Positions 1 through 7,715 of a stretch of 48,214 nucleotides of DNA are shown in pieces. Source of the stretch: Oscillospiraceae bacterium (GTDB taxonomy: Bacteria; Bacillota; Clostridia; Oscillospirales; Ruminococcaceae). The DNA lies in NCBI GenBank assembly GCA_900757485.1, contig CAAEOA010000050.1, positions 1 through 48,214 on the forward strand. Reading direction: 5' to 3'. The notes under the pieces were generated by a model. The model saw nothing but the letters and a program-made list of their open reading frames with translations. It was not told the origin of the DNA and ran no database searches. The number at the start of each line of letters is the position of its first letter. Within the stretch, counting starts at the first letter, position 1. Position numbers and translations under genes: made by a program.

Positions 1-167
1 ATATTAACACGGACACGCCGGTTATAATGATACCGACGTGTCTGTGCAGCTGCTAAGTCTTCAAGGTGTCCCGCAAATAAGCGGGACGTGAAGAACTGTC
101 TGTCCGTGATTTTGCTTCGCTTCTCGTTCAGACGCTGTTTAACTAATTTGTGATTCACCCTTGCCAT
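1..167 (-). CDS. Hypothetical protein, N-terminal 55 codons only (runs off the window edge)
   Basis: ATG at 165-167 preceded by GGAGG 13 nt upstream. The frame stays open to position 1 (MARVNHKLVKQRLNEKRSK...). Not in the ORF track because it is short. Confidence 0.3.
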   Translation of the reverse strand, partial: MARVNHKLVKQRLNEKRSKITDRQFFTSRLFAGHLEDLAAAQTRRYHYNRRVRVN

Positions 168-197
168 AAAATAGGGTTAGCCTCCTCTCTGATAGAT

Positions 198-2072
198 TTA
201 TGCGGTAGCCTTACGCCTCTTCGGAGGAATAATAGGCTCTAAAACCGCGCTGATAAGTGCTTCTCGGTCGAGCTCATCGGAAGTCGCCTTACTGATGATG
301 GTGTACATAGCCGAATTGTAGGCGTCACCTGTGATCTCCGTGCTGACAATCCAGTCGATGAGGCTTCGCATACCGTAGGAACCGTCTGTAATACTGTTCT
401 TTCGGCAATACTCAGCCAGATCATTAACAACCTGGACCATCTGTGACACCTGGAATTCATCGGTAGCACCCGTAACTGACATTGCACGTTGTACCATCAC
501 CTCAGGGGACGGCATTTCCACGTCTCGTACCAGACTCATACGGTCAATAACCGACTGGTTCATACCACGGCATCCCTCATAGCTGACGTTGGTCGTAACG
601 ACTACAACAGCATCCGGATGACGCTCGATGATTTCGCCTGTCGGCAACGTGATAGAACCGGTCTGCTCAAGCAATGAGTTAAGACCAACCAAAACACCGG
701 GCTGGACGATGGTTGAAGGTTCCTGAATCTCGATAACGTAACCGTTCTTCAGGGCCTTGATAAAGTCCGTTTCCACATAGGTGTAGGTCTGTCCGCTGCT
801 CTTTGCATTCTCATCGCGCTTAGACAGCGCTCTGACCTTCTCAGTGACCTTATCGAGCACAATAGCCATACAGTCCTGGGAAGATGCATCCGGCTTCTCA
901 ACGCCCGTGAGAGCCTTATAAACGCCTGCGGGGTCATAGTCCATATCATCAAGATCCGGAAGATTCATCAATTTAGAAACATTGGCGTAATTTACACCGC
1001 CCATGCTCTTAAGGACAGCATTCTCTGCGTCCAACTGTGCATCTCCTGTGGAGCTCGAATCAGAGTCCGGGAAGATCATACCGACAAAATCGAAGATCTC
1101 CGTACCTGCCGAACAGGTATATTTCATATACGGCAAGTTCAGTCCTGCAGCAATCGCCTTGGCGCCCATCGTTTTACCGGTACCTGCAGGTCCGCGCAAC
1201 AGAAAGTTACGCATCTGCATCGGTTTACCGGTAGTGAGCTGAGCGTGCTTACAGATATCCACGACCTCATCCGGAATGATGTACCAGGCCGGAAGTACAG
1301 GGATCAATGACTGCTCAACAGCGTTGAAGCTTCTTTTACCAAATTCATACTTGCCTATAAAGTCCTCGTGTTCCACCAAGGTTGTAGCCTTACCTACGGT
1401 AACGCGGGCGGTCTTTGCCATAATGACAAACTCACCGGCAACGACAGACTTTGGTTCAAAACGTCCTGAGTCAATATGTGCCGGAGACACACGCATGAGG
1501 TTTCCTGATTTATCCACATTCACTTTGACGTGGGCAGAACAGGTTTCATCCTTGATGCGTCGGTACGCGTTATCACAAAGGATCGCCATTGTATCCCTCG
1601 CACCGTTAAAATCCGTAAAACCTTTGGTGTAGTGGTCACGGTAGGCATTGAAGTTCTCTTCAAACTCATCATCCGTCATCAGCACCGGGAACAGCGCCAT
1701 CATTACTGCAGCACCGTCTCTGCCTGAAGAGTTCAAAACGTAGTTTTCAAAGGATTCGGTACCTTTATCGTAGACACTGGCCATAATGCTGCCTTTATCA
1801 CTGTCATAGACAACCAAGTGATAAGCATCCGGGCTTACAGAGGACTTGTATTCTGCAACAGTTTTTTGGTCAATGACACCAACTGCGCCTTCTCCAGTAG
1901 CCTGCATACAGTTGATAACCGCATGAATGGCCTTGATCATAGTGGCGCAGAGAGTTGAGGTTGTTTTATCACCATATTTTGAGGATACGCCGACCTTTTT
2001 GTTGGACAGCGTATCAAATGGTGCCGGCAAATCTCTGCCGAAATTGAAAATGTTATTCATGTATGTAGCCAT
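198..2072 (-). CDS. AAA+ ATPase (AAA_5 / MoxR-CobS-like) with a large N-terminal domain
   Basis: Walker A LLRGPAGTGKT (aa 291-301), Walker B-like GYVIEIQEP (about aa 444-452), VVVVTTN sensor-like segment. An acidic insertion of about 95 aa separates Walker A from Walker B. Confidence 0.8.
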   Translation of the reverse strand: MATYMNNIFNFGRDLPAPFDTLSNKKVGVSSKYGDKTTSTLCATMIKAIHAVINCMQATGEGAVGVIDQKTVAEYKSSVSPDAYHLVVYDSDKGSIMASVYDKGTESFENYVLNSSGRDGAAVMMALFPVLMTDDEFEENFNAYRDHYTKGFTDFNGARDTMAILCDNAYRRIKDETCSAHVKVNVDKSGNLMRVSPAHIDSGRFEPKSVVAGEFVIMAKTARVTVGKATTLVEHEDFIGKYEFGKRSFNAVEQSLIPVLPAWYIIPDEVVDICKHAQLTTGKPMQMRNFLLRGPAGTGKTMGAKAIAAGLNLPYMKYTCSAGTEIFDFVGMIFPDSDSSSTGDAQLDAENAVLKSMGGVNYANVSKLMNLPDLDDMDYDPAGVYKALTGVEKPDASSQDCMAIVLDKVTEKVRALSKRDENAKSSGQTYTYVETDFIKALKNGYVIEIQEPSTIVQPGVLVGLNSLLEQTGSITLPTGEIIERHPDAVVVVTTNVSYEGCRGMNQSVIDRMSLVRDVEMPSPEVMVQRAMSVTGATDEFQVSQMVQVVNDLAEYCRKNSITDGSYGMRSLIDWIVSTEITGDAYNSAMYTIISKATSDELDREALISAVLEPIIPPKRRKATA

Positions 2073-2097
2073 GACTTAGTAATTCCTTTCTGCAGTT

Positions 2098-2826
2098 TCA
2101 CTGCGTGAGATTGATTTTGATACCCTGAGGTATGCACTTGACATCATCGAGCCCATTCTTTTCAAGCTCTTTGCAAATGGCAGGCCAGCTCTCCTTGACG
2201 GGAAGCTCATCCGCTGTCAGAATGATTTCGGTCATTCCTTCACCGATTGCCTCGTTGCAGCGCTTGTTAAGCTCCATAATGTGTGCGTCAGCCCATTCAA
2301 AGGCGACCAGGTCGAAGTTTTCTTCCTGAGGTTCATTAGTGTCTGTGTCCTCGTCATCAGACTCAATTGGTTTTGCTGGGGCACAGTTGTATTCGATCGT
2401 CACAACCTGTAAATTTTGAATTACTACGTGTGCGCGGCGATAACCACCTGCACGGTTGAGCAAAATGAACACATCTTCGCCCAGTTCGATGAGCTGTCGG
2501 GCATTCGGTGCTTCCCAGACCCATCTGGCTTCAGGATAAGATGTTGTGACAAGCTCTGTGATCCGTCTGAGTATGACAGAGTAAGCTATATCTCTCACAT
2601 CTTTTTCCGTGGGCTCCTTAGGTTCCGGTAATGCCGGCAATGGTAACGGTTCTACTACCTCAACTCGCTTAGGAGAGAGAAACAGCAACCGTAACGCCGT
2701 AATGAAAATGCCGATGATGAGGAGGAAAATGATTGGCCAGAGCCGACATAGAAACATCAGCACGGTCAGCATCACAAGGATCACTAAGACTTCATAGGCG
2801 ATATGCCGTTTCCAATCCTTCTTCAT
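2098..2826 (-). CDS. Membrane-anchored hypothetical protein (N-terminal 2 TM)
   Basis: 242-aa ORF with a hydrophobic N-terminus (VLVILVMLTVLMFLCRLWPIIFLLIIGIFITAL). Overlaps the upstream ORF by 4 nt. Confidence 0.6.
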   Translation of the reverse strand: MKKDWKRHIAYEVLVILVMLTVLMFLCRLWPIIFLLIIGIFITALRLLFLSPKRVEVVEPLPLPALPEPKEPTEKDVRDIAYSVILRRITELVTTSYPEARWVWEAPNARQLIELGEDVFILLNRAGGYRRAHVVIQNLQVVTIEYNCAPAKPIESDDEDTDTNEPQEENFDLVAFEWADAHIMELNKRCNEAIGEGMTEIILTADELPVKESWPAICKELEKNGLDDVKCIPQGIKINLTQ

Positions 2827-3209
2827 ACTTTCTGATTTCCTTTCCGTAATCGAGATGGCGGAATATATATGTGCAGCTGTGATGCGCCACTTTCATCCGC
2901 CTGGTTATTCAAGAGAATTGCCGCAGGAAGTGCCGGGCAGTACAACTCGCCACGCGTATTATCGTGACTTACAAGTACCTGCCCGAGCACGGTCTTACCT
3001 CGGAATCCGCTTGACAGTTGCAAGACTTCACGGAACTTGTCAGCGTCATTGTGAACAACGATGCTGCACTGCTTGCGAGGAGAGACGCATAAAAGAATGC
3101 TTCTCATCTCCTCAGCGGTGAGGGTCCGGTCGGTCTTATCGTTCAGTATTGCTCTGAACTTTGAGTTTTTCTCTGCCTCAGTTAAGAGACAAAACGCTGC
3201 ATTCCGCAT
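2823..3209 (-). CDS. Hypothetical protein
   Basis: 128-aa ORF with AAAGGAGG SD upstream of the ATG at 3209. No family recognised. Confidence 0.55.
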   Translation of the reverse strand: MRNAAFCLLTEAEKNSKFRAILNDKTDRTLTAEEMRSILLCVSPRKQCSIVVHNDADKFREVLQLSSGFRGKTVLGQVLVSHDNTRGELYCPALPAAILLNNQADESGASQLHIYIPPSRLRKGNQKV

Positions 3210-3230
3210 AAGACACCTCCTTTAGAACGC

Positions 3231-3273
3231 AAAAAGGCGCACATGGTTCTAATTACAGAAACTCATGTGCGCC
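3231..3273 (-). terminator. Intrinsic terminator after ssb-like gene
   Basis: Minus strand GGCGCACATG-N18-CATGTGCGCC (10-bp stem) followed by TTTTTG. Lies only about 20 nt upstream of the SD of the next ORF. Confidence 0.7.
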
Positions 3274-3304
3274 CTTAATACGCTCTATTCATTTGTTCGC
3301 TCCT

Positions 3305-3799
3305 TTAATTCTGATCATCAAAGAACGAATTGCCGCCAAAAGGTTCATAGCCGGTGAAACCACCAGTGCCATCGCCTGTATTGGCTGCAGGAGTTTGAGC
3401 AGGTGCCTGATTGCTTGTGCCGTTCGTCGCATTGCCGTTATTATTGTTGGATTTGCCACCACCGGAAGCGTACTCAATCTCATCGAGAATGAGAACAGGA
3501 CAACTCTTCTTTTCCTTGGTTGTCTGATCTTCCCAGGTGTCTTCGTCCAGCCGAGCCTCGATGTTGATAAACGAGCCTTCCTTCAGCTGCATCTTTTCGA
3601 TGCGATCGACGATCGGGCCAAAGCCCTTTACGGAATAATTGAGCCATCTTGTGTTGTTCTCAGCCTTCGGATCATAGACCTTCTTGCCGATGCGGAATCT
3701 TACCGATGCGGCAGAGTCATTACCTCTGGTGATACTGATGGCGGGTTTGTTGTCATATCCTCTGGAAATGACGACTTGGGTTGCGAATACCTTTAACAT
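3305..3799 (-). CDS. ssb: Single-stranded DNA-binding protein-like (OB fold, Gly/Asn-rich linker, acidic C-terminal tip)
   Basis: The N-terminal ~110 aa have the SSB OB-fold layout. A low-complexity G/N/A/P linker follows, and the C-terminus is ...GGNSFFDDQN, resembling the acidic SSB tail. Confidence 0.7.
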   Translation of the reverse strand: MLKVFATQVVISRGYDNKPAISITRGNDSAASVRFRIGKKVYDPKAENNTRWLNYSVKGFGPIVDRIEKMQLKEGSFINIEARLDEDTWEDQTTKEKKSCPVLILDEIEYASGGGKSNNNNGNATNGTSNQAPAQTPAANTGDGTGGFTGYEPFGGNSFFDDQN

Positions 3800-3878
3800 A
3801 GGTTACTCCTTTCTGCAGGGATTGCCTGCAACAAAAATTTTATATTTCAACCCGCATTTTGCGGGACGAAACCGAGAA

Positions 3879-3971
3879 ATAAAAAAAGTGCCAATCAGCA
3901 CTAATGTGCTAACTGACACTGTGAAAACTCTGATAACTGTGTTTGGTACTTGACCAAACTCTGATACTAAC
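3879..3971 (-). ncRNA. Conserved structured leader RNA, copy A (two UAUCAGAG-type boxes, hairpin 1, terminator hairpin)
   Basis: Shares a 24-nt block (3917-3940) and a 13-nt block (3960-3972) with copy B. Hairpin GTTTGGT-caagt-ACCAAAC (3941-3959). Terminator stem 3888-3917 plus a U7 run. Confidence 0.6.
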
Positions 3972-3977
3972 ACAATT

Positions 3978-4006
3978 ATTATAGCAGATTATTTCCCAAT
4001 AGTCAA
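3978..4006 (-). promoter_or_regulatory. SigA-type promoter A (TTGACT-17-TATAAT)
   Basis: Reverse complement of 4001-4006 is TTGACT. A 17-nt spacer follows. Reverse complement of 3978-3983 is TATAAT. Confidence 0.7.
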
Positions 4007-4026
4007 TCTTTTCGCAAAAATTGGCG

Positions 4027-4194
4027 TTACTCAGGTTTTACAATGGTCTTTTCAATCTCAGTCCTTGCAAAATCCAGAGCAACCATCGCCTTTATCTCAT
4101 CAAAGCGAAAAGTGCCATCTTCGGTTTCGTTATTTCTGATCAGCGCTTCAATCTCATTAAGCAGTTCATAGATTTTTTCTTTGTTAGAACCCAC
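4027..4194 (-). CDS. Small hypothetical protein (55 aa) missing from the ORF track
   Basis: GTG at 4192-4194 directly after the double stop of the upstream gene. Helical-looking sequence (V)GSNKEKIYELLNEIEALIRNNETEDGTFRFDEIKAMVALDFARTEIEKTIVKPE. Stop at 4027-4029, just before promoter A. Confidence 0.4.
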   Translation of the reverse strand: MGSNKEKIYELLNEIEALIRNNETEDGTFRFDEIKAMVALDFARTEIEKTIVKPE

Positions 4195-4197
4195 TTA

Positions 4198-4653
4198 TTA
4201 CACCCCATTTCTTACTTCCATTGCATAATAGTTAAACACTACGTATCCGTCATCCTGCGGGTATACCGGTGCCTTTACGGAAAGGTATACGATAACAGTA
4301 TCTCCGATTTTGAGTTTCTTAATCTTATGCCTCACGGAGATCTTCAGCGAGTTTTCCTCTAACTTCAGGGTGATGCTTTTGACGCGCTTTCTGATACCGG
4401 TAACTTCAATGTTCTCGCAAACACCTGCAACACTCACATAGTTGCCGTTGATACTATTATATAGCAGGAAAATGCCGTTTACAATGAGCAAGACCATAAA
4501 AAAGAGACTCGGCAACCACAAATACACATTGCGGTAAAAGAGCATAATCACTATGAAGAGGAGAAAGAAGCCCACACCACCGGCAAACCTTGAAATAATT
4601 TGCCATTGCAACACTTCAGGCAAGTTTTTGAACTTTTTTTTCATCAGTCTCAC
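4198..4653 (-). CDS. Membrane protein (2 TM plus C-terminal soluble domain)
   Basis: 151-aa ORF with two hydrophobic helices in the N-terminal half. No family recognised. Confidence 0.6.
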   Translation of the reverse strand: MRLMKKKFKNLPEVLQWQIISRFAGGVGFFLLFIVIMLFYRNVYLWLPSLFFMVLLIVNGIFLLYNSINGNYVSVAGVCENIEVTGIRKRVKSITLKLEENSLKISVRHKIKKLKIGDTVIVYLSVKAPVYPQDDGYVVFNYYAMEVRNGV

Positions 4654-4654
4654 C

Positions 4655-5218
4655 TCACAATATTACGATTTTCTTATTATTCAGCAGTACCATAATGGCT
4701 GCTGTAACTTTGTCTCTGCAGGTAGCGTGTTCCATCTGACATTCCAGGATGTTATCAAAGATATTTTCCTGAGTATAGATGGTTTCTACAAGTTTTTGAC
4801 GGTTGTCGGTATAGAGCAGATCCTTTTCGGGCTTAATCTGGCGCTCGTGCAGGTAGACAAGCTCTGCCATACTCAGTCTAATACCGGCATTGGTCAGCCA
4901 ATTAAGGATAGAAGACTCGAAACATCCTACCGTTAGACTGACATGAGAGTTTGCCGCAGCACAGAGCACACATCTGGTAAGAATTCTGTAACGGGAGACA
5001 AGGGTGTCTTCCTGCTCGTATTCCACCAGACCCATTCTGTACAAATGCTCGATGGCACGGTCCTGAGATGTATTTCGGGTTTCACAGAACCCAAAACGAC
5101 CATCCAGCCAGAGCTGCGCTTCGATCTTCGTGAGCTGGAACACCTGTCCGCCGCGACCGACATATATGTTACGTTCGGTGGATCTCTCCTGAACAATACC
5201 TTTGGAAATGTAAATCAT
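4655..5218 (-). CDS. Hypothetical protein
   Basis: 187-aa ORF, tightly packed with the downstream gene (1-nt gap). No family recognised. Confidence 0.55.
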   Translation of the reverse strand: MIYISKGIVQERSTERNIYVGRGGQVFQLTKIEAQLWLDGRFGFCETRNTSQDRAIEHLYRMGLVEYEQEDTLVSRYRILTRCVLCAAANSHVSLTVGCFESSILNWLTNAGIRLSMAELVYLHERQIKPEKDLLYTDNRQKLVETIYTQENIFDNILECQMEHATCRDKVTAAIMVLLNNKKIVIL

Positions 5219-5276
5219 TATTCATCACCTCGTGTTCTTTTACTTACATTACACGATGGGAGACAGTAATTTACAA

Positions 5277-5636
5277 CTAAAGAACATACATCAGAGCAAC
5301 ACAGGCTGCTATTACAACAAAAAGCACACCGATAATGATGGCAATCTTCTTGATGAGCTCTTTATCGACGCCTTCACGCTCACGGCCTTCATCAATCGGG
5401 CGGATGTCATCATAATAACCGTCATATCCATCATCAACGGCAGTTTCGATCTCGCTGCTGTTCTCCGTCTTCTTGGTAGGTTTCTTTTTCTTCTTTTTAG
5501 AAGCTTTCTTGATTTCTGGCTTTTTCTTAAGATTTTCTTTCTGCGTCTTACCTGTAGGAAGCTGTTTTCCGCATTCAGCGCAAAAAGAAACGGCATCCTC
5601 AATCAGATCGGCGCCGCAATAGGGACAGTATTTCAT
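5277..5636 (-). CDS. Zinc-ribbon protein with Lys-rich linker and C-terminal TM anchor
   Basis: MKYCPYCGADL...CAECGK is a CxxC...CxxC motif. KKKKKK stretch, C-terminal hydrophobic helix. Start moved to the ATG at 5636 (SD AAGGAG 8 nt upstream). Confidence 0.65.
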   Translation of the reverse strand: MKYCPYCGADLIEDAVSFCAECGKQLPTGKTQKENLKKKPEIKKASKKKKKKPTKKTENSSEIETAVDDGYDGYYDDIRPIDEGREREGVDKELIKKIAIIIGVLFVVIAACVALMYVL

Positions 5637-5662
5637 TTTACACACTCCTTTTCGGGCATAAT

Positions 5663-5694
5663 AAAAAAGTGGATCCGGTTAAGGACCCACTTTT
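5663..5694 (-). terminator. Terminator-like hairpin between promoter and first ORF
   Basis: Minus strand AAAAGTGGGTCC-ttaacc-GGATCCACTTTTTTATT. Located between the -10 box (5705-5710) and the SD of the 5636 gene. Confidence 0.55.
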
Positions 5695-5704
5695 GGACGA
5701 TATT

Positions 5705-5733
5705 AGTATACCACATTCTCTTTTACTTGTCAT
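5705..5733 (-). promoter_or_regulatory. SigA-type promoter (ATGACA-17-TATACT with TGn extension)
   Basis: Reverse complement of 5728-5733 is ATGACA. A 17-nt spacer follows. Reverse complement of 5705-5710 is TATACT, preceded by TGG. Confidence 0.55.
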
Positions 5734-5738
5734 CGGCA

Positions 5739-5771
5739 TTTTATAGGCGTTTTATAGGCGTTTTGTAGGCA
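5739..5771. repeat. Three tandem 11-bp repeats (TTTTATAGGCG x2, TTTTGTAGGCA)
   Basis: Units read directly at 5739-5749, 5750-5760 and 5761-5771. They sit immediately upstream of the -35 box. Confidence 0.85.
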
Positions 5772-5918
5772 CATCACAAATCGCATAATATGGCGCAAAC
5801 TTCCTTTCGTGTGGACAAATGTTGTCATAGTCCAAATATTCTGGGGTTGTCATTGGTTATACCTCCTTTTTACAGCACAAATACATACCAACACTTTCCA
5901 CAAGTCCAGAGAAATATT

Positions 5919-5947
5919 AAAGACGGCGAAATAAATCCGCCGTCTTT
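5919..5947 (-). terminator. Hairpin terminator after TetR gene (left boundary of cargo island)
   Basis: AAAGACGGCG-N9-CGCCGTCTTT, a perfect 10-bp stem flanked by A/T runs. Confidence 0.65.
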
Positions 5948-5951
5948 CAAC

Positions 5952-6407
5952 TTAATTACTATAGATTTTATCGTATTCCCGTTTTACTATCGTTCCCATT
6001 TGTTCAGCCGGCTCAATACAGCCGTCCTCGAACCACATTTTTGCAACGGAATATATGCCGTTTCTGAAAAAGATAGTCTTATAGTCTGTAGACACTTGAC
6101 TGACACCGAGTTTGAAATAAATCCTGAAAAGGTCAGGATGCTCTTTTATGTAGTCAAATATCGAAGAAAAATCATTTTCAGTATGTGGTTGCTCGGACAC
6201 CTGCTTTTCAACTTGGGCCGCATAAGCATTTGCCAATGCCGCCACATCTTCATAGTGAGCATAGAAGGTACTACGTTCTATACTAGCAAGTTCACATATA
6301 TCCGTAACGGTAATTTCACGCAGTTCCTTATCCTGAAGCAAGGAAATAAAAGCTGCATTTATGCTTTCCTCTATATCCCGGTATCGCTTATTGTTAGGGG
6401 TATTCAT
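5952..6407 (-). CDS. TetR/AcrR-family transcriptional regulator
   Basis: N-terminal HTH signature INAAFISLLQDKELREITVTDICELASIERSTFYAHYEDV. Confidence 0.8.
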   Translation of the reverse strand: MNTPNNKRYRDIEESINAAFISLLQDKELREITVTDICELASIERSTFYAHYEDVAALANAYAAQVEKQVSEQPHTENDFSSIFDYIKEHPDLFRIYFKLGVSQVSTDYKTIFFRNGIYSVAKMWFEDGCIEPAEQMGTIVKREYDKIYSN

Positions 6408-6417
6408 ACAGCCATCC

Positions 6418-6825
6418 TCATTTCATTAGTTCGTCTGTCAGACGAAGAATCTCCGGTGCTATCTTTTCACGCTCTTTCTTTATAATGCGATTGTAAAGAG
6501 GATAAGCAAGGCTGACAAGAACAATACCGACAACACCGATTATAATTCCAAACAGCATAGACATTCCTCTGTATGAACCGAGGATTTCGCCTAAATCGGT
6601 CATTGCAAGACTCATTCCAAACCCTAAAATCAAAGCGCCGATTACACCGAACACAAGAGAAGCTGCCTGAGCTTTTTGCGTAACGCCTGCATCCAAGCGA
6701 CGAAGCTGTGCCATTTTGTCCTCTTTTTCTTCGGGTGCGGAATATTTCTTTCGGATTGCTTTGATTTCTTCCTGCTGTTTTGCAGAATAAGTATAGTTAA
6801 AGGTTTCTTTCTCTTTATTCTCCAT
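6418..6825 (-). CDS. Small 2-TM hairpin membrane protein, paralog A
   Basis: FNYTYSAKQQEEIKAIRKKY N-terminal helix, central Gly-rich TM hairpin, C-terminal helix. Paralogous to 15726-16115 and 15271-15636. Start set at the ATG 9 nt after GGAGG (alternative start 6834). Confidence 0.7.
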   Translation of the reverse strand: MENKEKETFNYTYSAKQQEEIKAIRKKYSAPEEKEDKMAQLRRLDAGVTQKAQAASLVFGVIGALILGFGMSLAMTDLGEILGSYRGMSMLFGIIIGVVGIVLVSLAYPLYNRIIKKEREKIAPEILRLTDELMK

Positions 6826-7714
6826 CTTTTTCATCCTCCGCTGTTCTTAACAGCTTTAATTTCTTATTACTCTGCACAATCATATAAATTGCCATTCCAA
6901 TGATAAATACCGAAATCACACCGCCCGTAGCTCCAAGCATAATGCGTCTGGTTGTCAGATCCATTGTACCGTCACCGAAGGTTGTCAGCATTGTAGACTC
7001 CAAGGTAAGCATGGATACCAAGGCCGCTGTAAGGCTAATAGCCTTGGAAGCAGAATATACGGGACTGTTATATTTACGGTATTTTACCACATTCATAATC
7101 GCCATTGTTAGCGAGGCGAAGGTGTATGCAGCCATCGTAATCGTAGTAATTTCGTGATGATTGAAAGTCCTGTTCCAATACACCATAAAGAAAATAATGA
7201 GTGCAAGAGCTAAGTTCATTAAAAGGAACACAATCCCGCAGGCACGGTACTTAATAAGTTCTTCTTTCATAAGCTCGCCGGGTTTATGACGGCTTGTATG
7301 AAGAACCAAGAAGAAACGCATTATGGCAAGAGCAATATAATATCCTGCAAGGGAATAAAACCAAAATGTATGATGCCAAAATCCCATGCCGAGTTGCAAA
7401 AGCGCATATGCCGTATTCCAAATCAGCGTGCCGAAAAGTGATACGTTCACTCGAAGTCTATCATCGTCCTGCCACCGTCTTGAGTATTTGTTTTCATCTT
7501 TGAAAGTCTTAAAAAACCGAATTAAATACGGCACTTTCAGAGTCCAAATCATCAATGTGTAAAAGGCAAGCACATAGGACACGATGGCGATGATGGAATC
7601 TGACCCCATAAATACTAAGGAATATACCAAAAACACTGTTGCGATAGGAAGCAGAATTATCATTATAGCAATGGGAGGAAACAAAACTGCTTTACCGATT
7701 TTCTTCCAATCCAT
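6815..7714 (-). CDS. Polytopic membrane protein, unknown family
   Basis: 299-aa ORF with about 7-8 hydrophobic segments. SD GGAGG upstream. Starts 1 nt after the HK stop. Confidence 0.7.
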   Translation of the reverse strand: MDWKKIGKAVLFPPIAIMIILLPIATVFLVYSLVFMGSDSIIAIVSYVLAFYTLMIWTLKVPYLIRFFKTFKDENKYSRRWQDDDRLRVNVSLFGTLIWNTAYALLQLGMGFWHHTFWFYSLAGYYIALAIMRFFLVLHTSRHKPGELMKEELIKYRACGIVFLLMNLALALIIFFMVYWNRTFNHHEITTITMAAYTFASLTMAIMNVVKYRKYNSPVYSASKAISLTAALVSMLTLESTMLTTFGDGTMDLTTRRIMLGATGGVISVFIIGMAIYMIVQSNKKLKLLRTAEDEKDGE

Positions 7715-7715
7715 A

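Noticed and set aside
136-144. TGTTTAACT 9-mer matching the recombinase half-site, as a possible second att site at the left side
   Set aside because: Only 9 nt match, which is expected by chance roughly once in a few windows of this size. It lies inside an open reading frame and lacks the inverted partner.
2084-2095. 12-mer TCCTTTCTGCAG shared by the RBS regions of the AAA ATPase (2084-2095) and ssb (3807-3818)
   Set aside because: It consists mostly of the SD complement plus a PstI-like hexamer. It is too short and too SD-dominated to argue for a specific element.
5763-5772. 10-mer TGTAGGCACA shared between the iteron region (5763-5772) and promoter P1 (15661-15670)
   Set aside because: It is a short isolated match with no extended similarity on either side and different positions relative to the -10. 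It is likely coincidence.
5790-6485. Long plus-strand ORF (231 aa) plus similar long antisense ORFs at 3293-3796, 13381-13965, 28571-29158, 43634-44176 and 45850-46350
   Set aside because: Each lies fully antisense to a gene with clear family signatures (TetR, SSB, cls, AlbA_2, GNAT, ABC ATPase). They have low-complexity or Cys/Phe-rich composition and lack SD sites. I treat them as shadow ORFs.
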